Positions 38,092-40,889 of a stretch of 40,889 bases of DNA are shown in pieces. Below the pieces are notes generated by a model, which saw only the letters and a program-made list of their open reading frames with translations, had not been told where the DNA came from and made no database searches. The position numbers and the translations under genes were made by a program. The DNA is taken from positions 1-40,889 of the forward strand of contig JBGTIG010000166.1 in NCBI GenBank assembly GCA_041745755.1, given 5' to 3'. The DNA is from Lysobacterales bacterium. GTDB taxonomy: Bacteria > Pseudomonadota > Gammaproteobacteria > Xanthomonadales > Ahniellaceae. Positions within the stretch are counted from its first letter, which is position 1. The number at the start of each line of letters is the position of its first letter.

Positions 38092-38552
38092 CCCGGGTGC
38101 AGGATGACACGGTCGAGATCTTTACCGACGGAGCCTGTTCGGGCAACCCGGGGCCGGGTGGCTGGGCGGCGCTGCTGCGCTGGCGCGGTCGCGAGCGCAC
38201 CCTCGTCGGAGCGGAGCCCGCGACGACCAACAACCGCATGGAACTCATGGCCGCGATCGGCGCGCTGGAAGCGCTGCAGCGCGACGCGAGCGTCGTGCTC
38301 ACCACCGACTCGCGCTACGTGATGGATGGCATCACGCGATGGCTCCCGGGCTGGAAACGCAACGGCTGGCGTACCAGCGGTAGAGGCGCGGTCAAGAACG
38401 TCGATCTCTGGCAACGGCTGGAAGCTGCCGCATCGAGGCACCGCATCGAGTGGCGATGGGTGCGCGGCCACACCGGCATTGCGGAAAACGAACTCGTGGA
38501 CGCCGCGGCGCGTGCCGCGATCGGTTCGATGTCGCCCAGGGGCCGCGGATGA
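38088..38552 (+). CDS. rnhA: Ribonuclease HI
   Basis: [22 protein letters not shown]..., [18 protein letters not shown] and [10 protein letters not shown]...W.WVRGHTG..ENE align along the whole of E. coli RNase HI. GTG 38088 overlaps the upstream stop (GTGA). An alternative GTG lies at 38097. Confidence 0.9.
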   Translation: MTRVQDDTVEIFTDGACSGNPGPGGWAALLRWRGRERTLVGAEPATTNNRMELMAAIGALEALQRDASVVLTTDSRYVMDGITRWLPGWKRNGWRTSGRGAVKNVDLWQRLEAAASRHRIEWRWVRGHTGIAENELVDAAARAAIGSMSPRGRG

Positions 38553-39283
38553 TCCGCCAGGTCGTGCTCGACACCGAAACCACCGGACTCGATTGTGACC
38601 GGGGTGATCGCATCGTGGAGATCGGATGCATCGAGCTGGTCGATAGGCGACACACCGGACGCGTGTTCCATCACTTCTTCAACCCCGATCGCCGCAGCGA
38701 CCCCGGCGCACTGGCGAAGCACGGCATCCGCGACGAGTTCCTGCTGGACAAGCCGCGCTTCCCGCAGCTCGCGCTCGAGTTCGTGGAGTTCGTGCGGGGG
38801 GCCGAACTCGTCATTCACAATGCGGCGTTCGATGTGAGGTTCCTCGACCTCGAGCTCGATCTCGCCGGTCTGCCTTTCCGCTGCTCGGGCGACGACTGTC
38901 AGGTCTTCGACACGCTGGCGCTGGCCAGGCGCCAATGGCCGGGACAACGGAATTCGCTCGACGCGCTCTGCAAGCGGCTTGGCATCGACAACAGCATGCG
39001 CGAGCTGCACGGTGCGCTGCTCGACGCGCGATTGCTGGCCGACGTCTATCTTTCGATGACGGCGGGGCAGGGCGCGCTGCAACTGGGTGAAGTGTCGGCG
39101 CGCGCGTCGCGCGCCGACAGCGCCGTGAGCTTCGCGGAGGCCGCGCTTCCGCTCCGCCGATTCCTGGCGCCGGTGCGCGATCTGGAGGCGCATGCAAGGC
39201 GCCTGGAGTCGGTGGCGCGCGCCAGCGGGGGAAGCTCCCTGTGGTCGATCATGGAGCCCGTCGCAAGTGCTGAATCGACGTGA
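38549..39283 (+). CDS. dnaQ: DNA polymerase III epsilon subunit (3'-5' proofreading exonuclease)
   Basis: 244 aa. Exo I ([10 protein letters not shown]), Exo II ([13 protein letters not shown]) and Exo III ([14 protein letters not shown]) motifs are present. The ATG overlaps the rnhA stop (ATGA). Confidence 0.93.
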   Translation: MIRQVVLDTETTGLDCDRGDRIVEIGCIELVDRRHTGRVFHHFFNPDRRSDPGALAKHGIRDEFLLDKPRFPQLALEFVEFVRGAELVIHNAAFDVRFLDLELDLAGLPFRCSGDDCQVFDTLALARRQWPGQRNSLDALCKRLGIDNSMRELHGALLDARLLADVYLSMTAGQGALQLGEVSARASRADSAVSFAEAALPLRRFLAPVRDLEAHARRLESVARASGGSSLWSIMEPVASAEST

Positions 39284-39376
39284 CGCTCGGGTGTCCCGGG
39301 GGAACCTCTCAACAAATTCAGGGATTCCGCGGTGCGGGATGCAGCGCCGCGAATGGATCGCGCCAGCGGTTGTTCC

Positions 39377-39414
39377 GCGGTCCGACAAGTCCAGGAAGGA
39401 CTTGATCAGACCTT
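39377..39414. repeat. Copy B of the 38-nt conserved intergenic block (partner at 15669-15706)
   Basis: See copy A. 34 of 38 positions are identical. It lies 99 nt upstream of the cytochrome ATG. Confidence 0.6.
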
Positions 39415-39512
39415 CTTTGGCAGGATCGAGGAAGTCGGTGGCATAATCGGTCTGCCGGAACAGGGGACCGGCAATCGCTGGAGCCCGCTTTCCCCGGGGG
39501 AGAACGAGCATC

Positions 39513-40829
39513 ATGATCCGTCGATCGCTACTCGTGCTGGTTGCAGCCTTCGTCATGTCGATGTCCGCAAGCGCGCAGTCCGCGCTCGATCGCATAGAGC
39601 AGAATCGTCACCTCGGCGTTGCCAGCTGCGCCAGCGGCGTTTGCCACGGGTCCAACAAGGAATTCAAGGATTCGACAGTCATGCGCAACGAGTTTGCGTT
39701 GTGGCAGCAGTTCGATCCGCACGCGACCAAGGCGCTGCAGGCACTTTCCACCGCCGAGGGCCAGTCGATCGCGCGCAAGCTCGGACTCGGCGACGCCACG
39801 CAGGCGAAGGTGTGCCTGGATTGCCATGCGGACAACATCTCCGCCGACAAGCGTGGCGCGAAGTTCCAGTTCGACGACGGAATCGGTTGCGAGACCTGTC
39901 ACGGCGGTGCGGAAAAATGGATCGCGTCGCACGCCGACAGCAAGGTCTCGCATGCGGAGAACCTTGCCGCGGGACTTTATCCAACCGAAGACCCGGTGGC
40001 GCGCGCCGAGTTGTGCCTCGGTTGCCACATGGGCACACCCGAACGCATGATCACGCACCGCATCATGGGTGCGGGTCATCCTCGCCTGGCATTCGAGCTC
40101 GACACGTTCACCTGGCTGAATCCGCACTACACCATCGATGCCGACTACGAAAAGCGCAAGGGTAGTTTCAACTCCCTGCGCGACTGGGGCGTGGGCCAGG
40201 GCGTTGCGGCCGGCAACCTGCTGGACATCCTGCTCGATGGCCGTCACAGCCAGGGCATTTTCCCGGAACTGGTCCTGTTCGACTGCCATGCCTGTCATCG
40301 GCCGATGTCCGGCAAGCGCTGGGCGCCCCGGCAGGGCACGGGTCTCGGGCCGGGCGTCGTGCGCCTCAACGACTCGAATCTGGTGATGTACCGTCACGTG
40401 CTCGGGGTCGTCGATCGTGCCGCGTCGAGCCGGCTGCGCACGCAGGTGCGCGAGTTGCACCAGGCCACCACGCGCAGCCGCGACGCGACGGCGGCCGCTG
40501 CGCGCAGCCTGCGCGAGAGCATTCGATCCACGCTGCCCACCGTCGCTGCACATCCCTTCGGCGCCGACAGTCTGGGGCCCATCCTCGACAGCCTGGTGCG
40601 GGACGCGGAGGCGGGAGAGTTCCGTGACTACGCGGCTGCGGAGCAGGCGAGCATGGCCGTGCAGTCGGCAGTGATCGCTTTCGAGAACGCCGGTGCGCTG
40701 GAGGCGGCGGATGCCACCGCCCTCAAGGCCCGGGTGGATGGACTGTACGCCACCGTCGAGAAGGACGAGCGCTACGACATGAGCCGGTTCGTCGGCGCGC
40801 TCCGCCAGGTCAGGTCGGCAGCACGCTGA
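39513..40829 (+). CDS. Secreted multihaem c-type cytochrome (cytochrome c554-like family) with a non-haem C-terminal helical domain
   Basis: 438 aa. The signal peptide is MIRRSLLVLVAAFVMSMSASA|QS. There are four CxxCH motifs (CLDCH, CETCH, CLGCH, CHACH) and one CxxxxCH (CASGVCH). The GAGHPRLAFE segment is typical of this family as I recall it. Confidence 0.8.
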   Translation: MIRRSLLVLVAAFVMSMSASAQSALDRIEQNRHLGVASCASGVCHGSNKEFKDSTVMRNEFALWQQFDPHATKALQALSTAEGQSIARKLGLGDATQAKVCLDCHADNISADKRGAKFQFDDGIGCETCHGGAEKWIASHADSKVSHAENLAAGLYPTEDPVARAELCLGCHMGTPERMITHRIMGAGHPRLAFELDTFTWLNPHYTIDADYEKRKGSFNSLRDWGVGQGVAAGNLLDILLDGRHSQGIFPELVLFDCHACHRPMSGKRWAPRQGTGLGPGVVRLNDSNLVMYRHVLGVVDRAASSRLRTQVRELHQATTRSRDATAAAARSLRESIRSTLPTVAAHPFGADSLGPILDSLVRDAEAGEFRDYAAAEQASMAVQSAVIAFENAGALEAADATALKARVDGLYATVEKDERYDMSRFVGALRQVRSAAR

Positions 40830-40889
40830 GGACGATCGCGGCGCCGGCCGGCGCGCCTTCGCCGCGCGGGTCTTCCGGTCCAGCGTGCG

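Noticed and set aside
38315-39595. 426-aa minus-strand ORF whose segment ..TDYATDFLDPAKEGLIKSFLDLSDR.. looks protein-like and is shared with the minus-strand ORF 15255..15857.
   Set aside because: Both ORFs stay open only because they run antisense through dnaQ/rnhA or pnp. Neither locus has a stop delimiting a small gene. The similarity outside the 38-nt core contains non-triplet indels. It is kept as a non-coding conserved block (see findings).
40830-40889. Possible start or end of another gene in the last 60 nt of the window.
   Set aside because: The stretch is too short to assign a frame or family.

Overview
This is a GC-rich proteobacterial chromosomal core segment, with gene order resembling Xanthomonadales/Nevskiales-type Gammaproteobacteria. 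It is almost entirely housekeeping. Order along the window: (1) the nuoJ(3' end)-K-L-M-N end of the complex I operon. (2) Initiator tRNA-fMet followed by rimP-nusA-infB-rbfA-truB-rpsO-pnp, as in the E. coli metY-nusA-infB...pnp region. (3) pssA and a DUF1415 gene. (4) A polyhydroxyalkanoate (PHA) locus: class III synthase phaE-phaC, a small HExxH membrane ORF, then on the minus strand phaB, phaR, a ~550 bp repeat-rich non-coding tract and a second phaB. (5) htpX. (6) A tRNA operon Pro-Arg-His-[129-bp tandem repeats]-Lys-Leu-[68-bp tandem repeats]. (7) tig-clpP-clpX-lon-hupB-tRNA-Val-tRNA-Asp-ppiD. (8) fabI and gloB-mltD on the minus strand. (9) yafS-like methyltransferase-rnhA-dnaQ. (10) A secreted multihaem c-type cytochrome. 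I found no transposase, integrase, CRISPR array, toxin-antitoxin or recognisable defence gene, and every protein-like ORF could be assigned. The long ORFs antisense to the real genes are the usual high-GC artefacts. The unexplained structure is mostly non-coding: three structured tandem or mosaic repeat tracts, a dispersed TCACCACGAACGGAAT box array, and a ~38-nt block shared by two unlinked leaders. Several conserved proteins (PhaE, Lon, RimP, NuoL) also carry lineage-specific Lys/Ala-rich or His-rich low-complexity segments. All calls rest on reading the sequence and on recalled family signatures. No database search was run.
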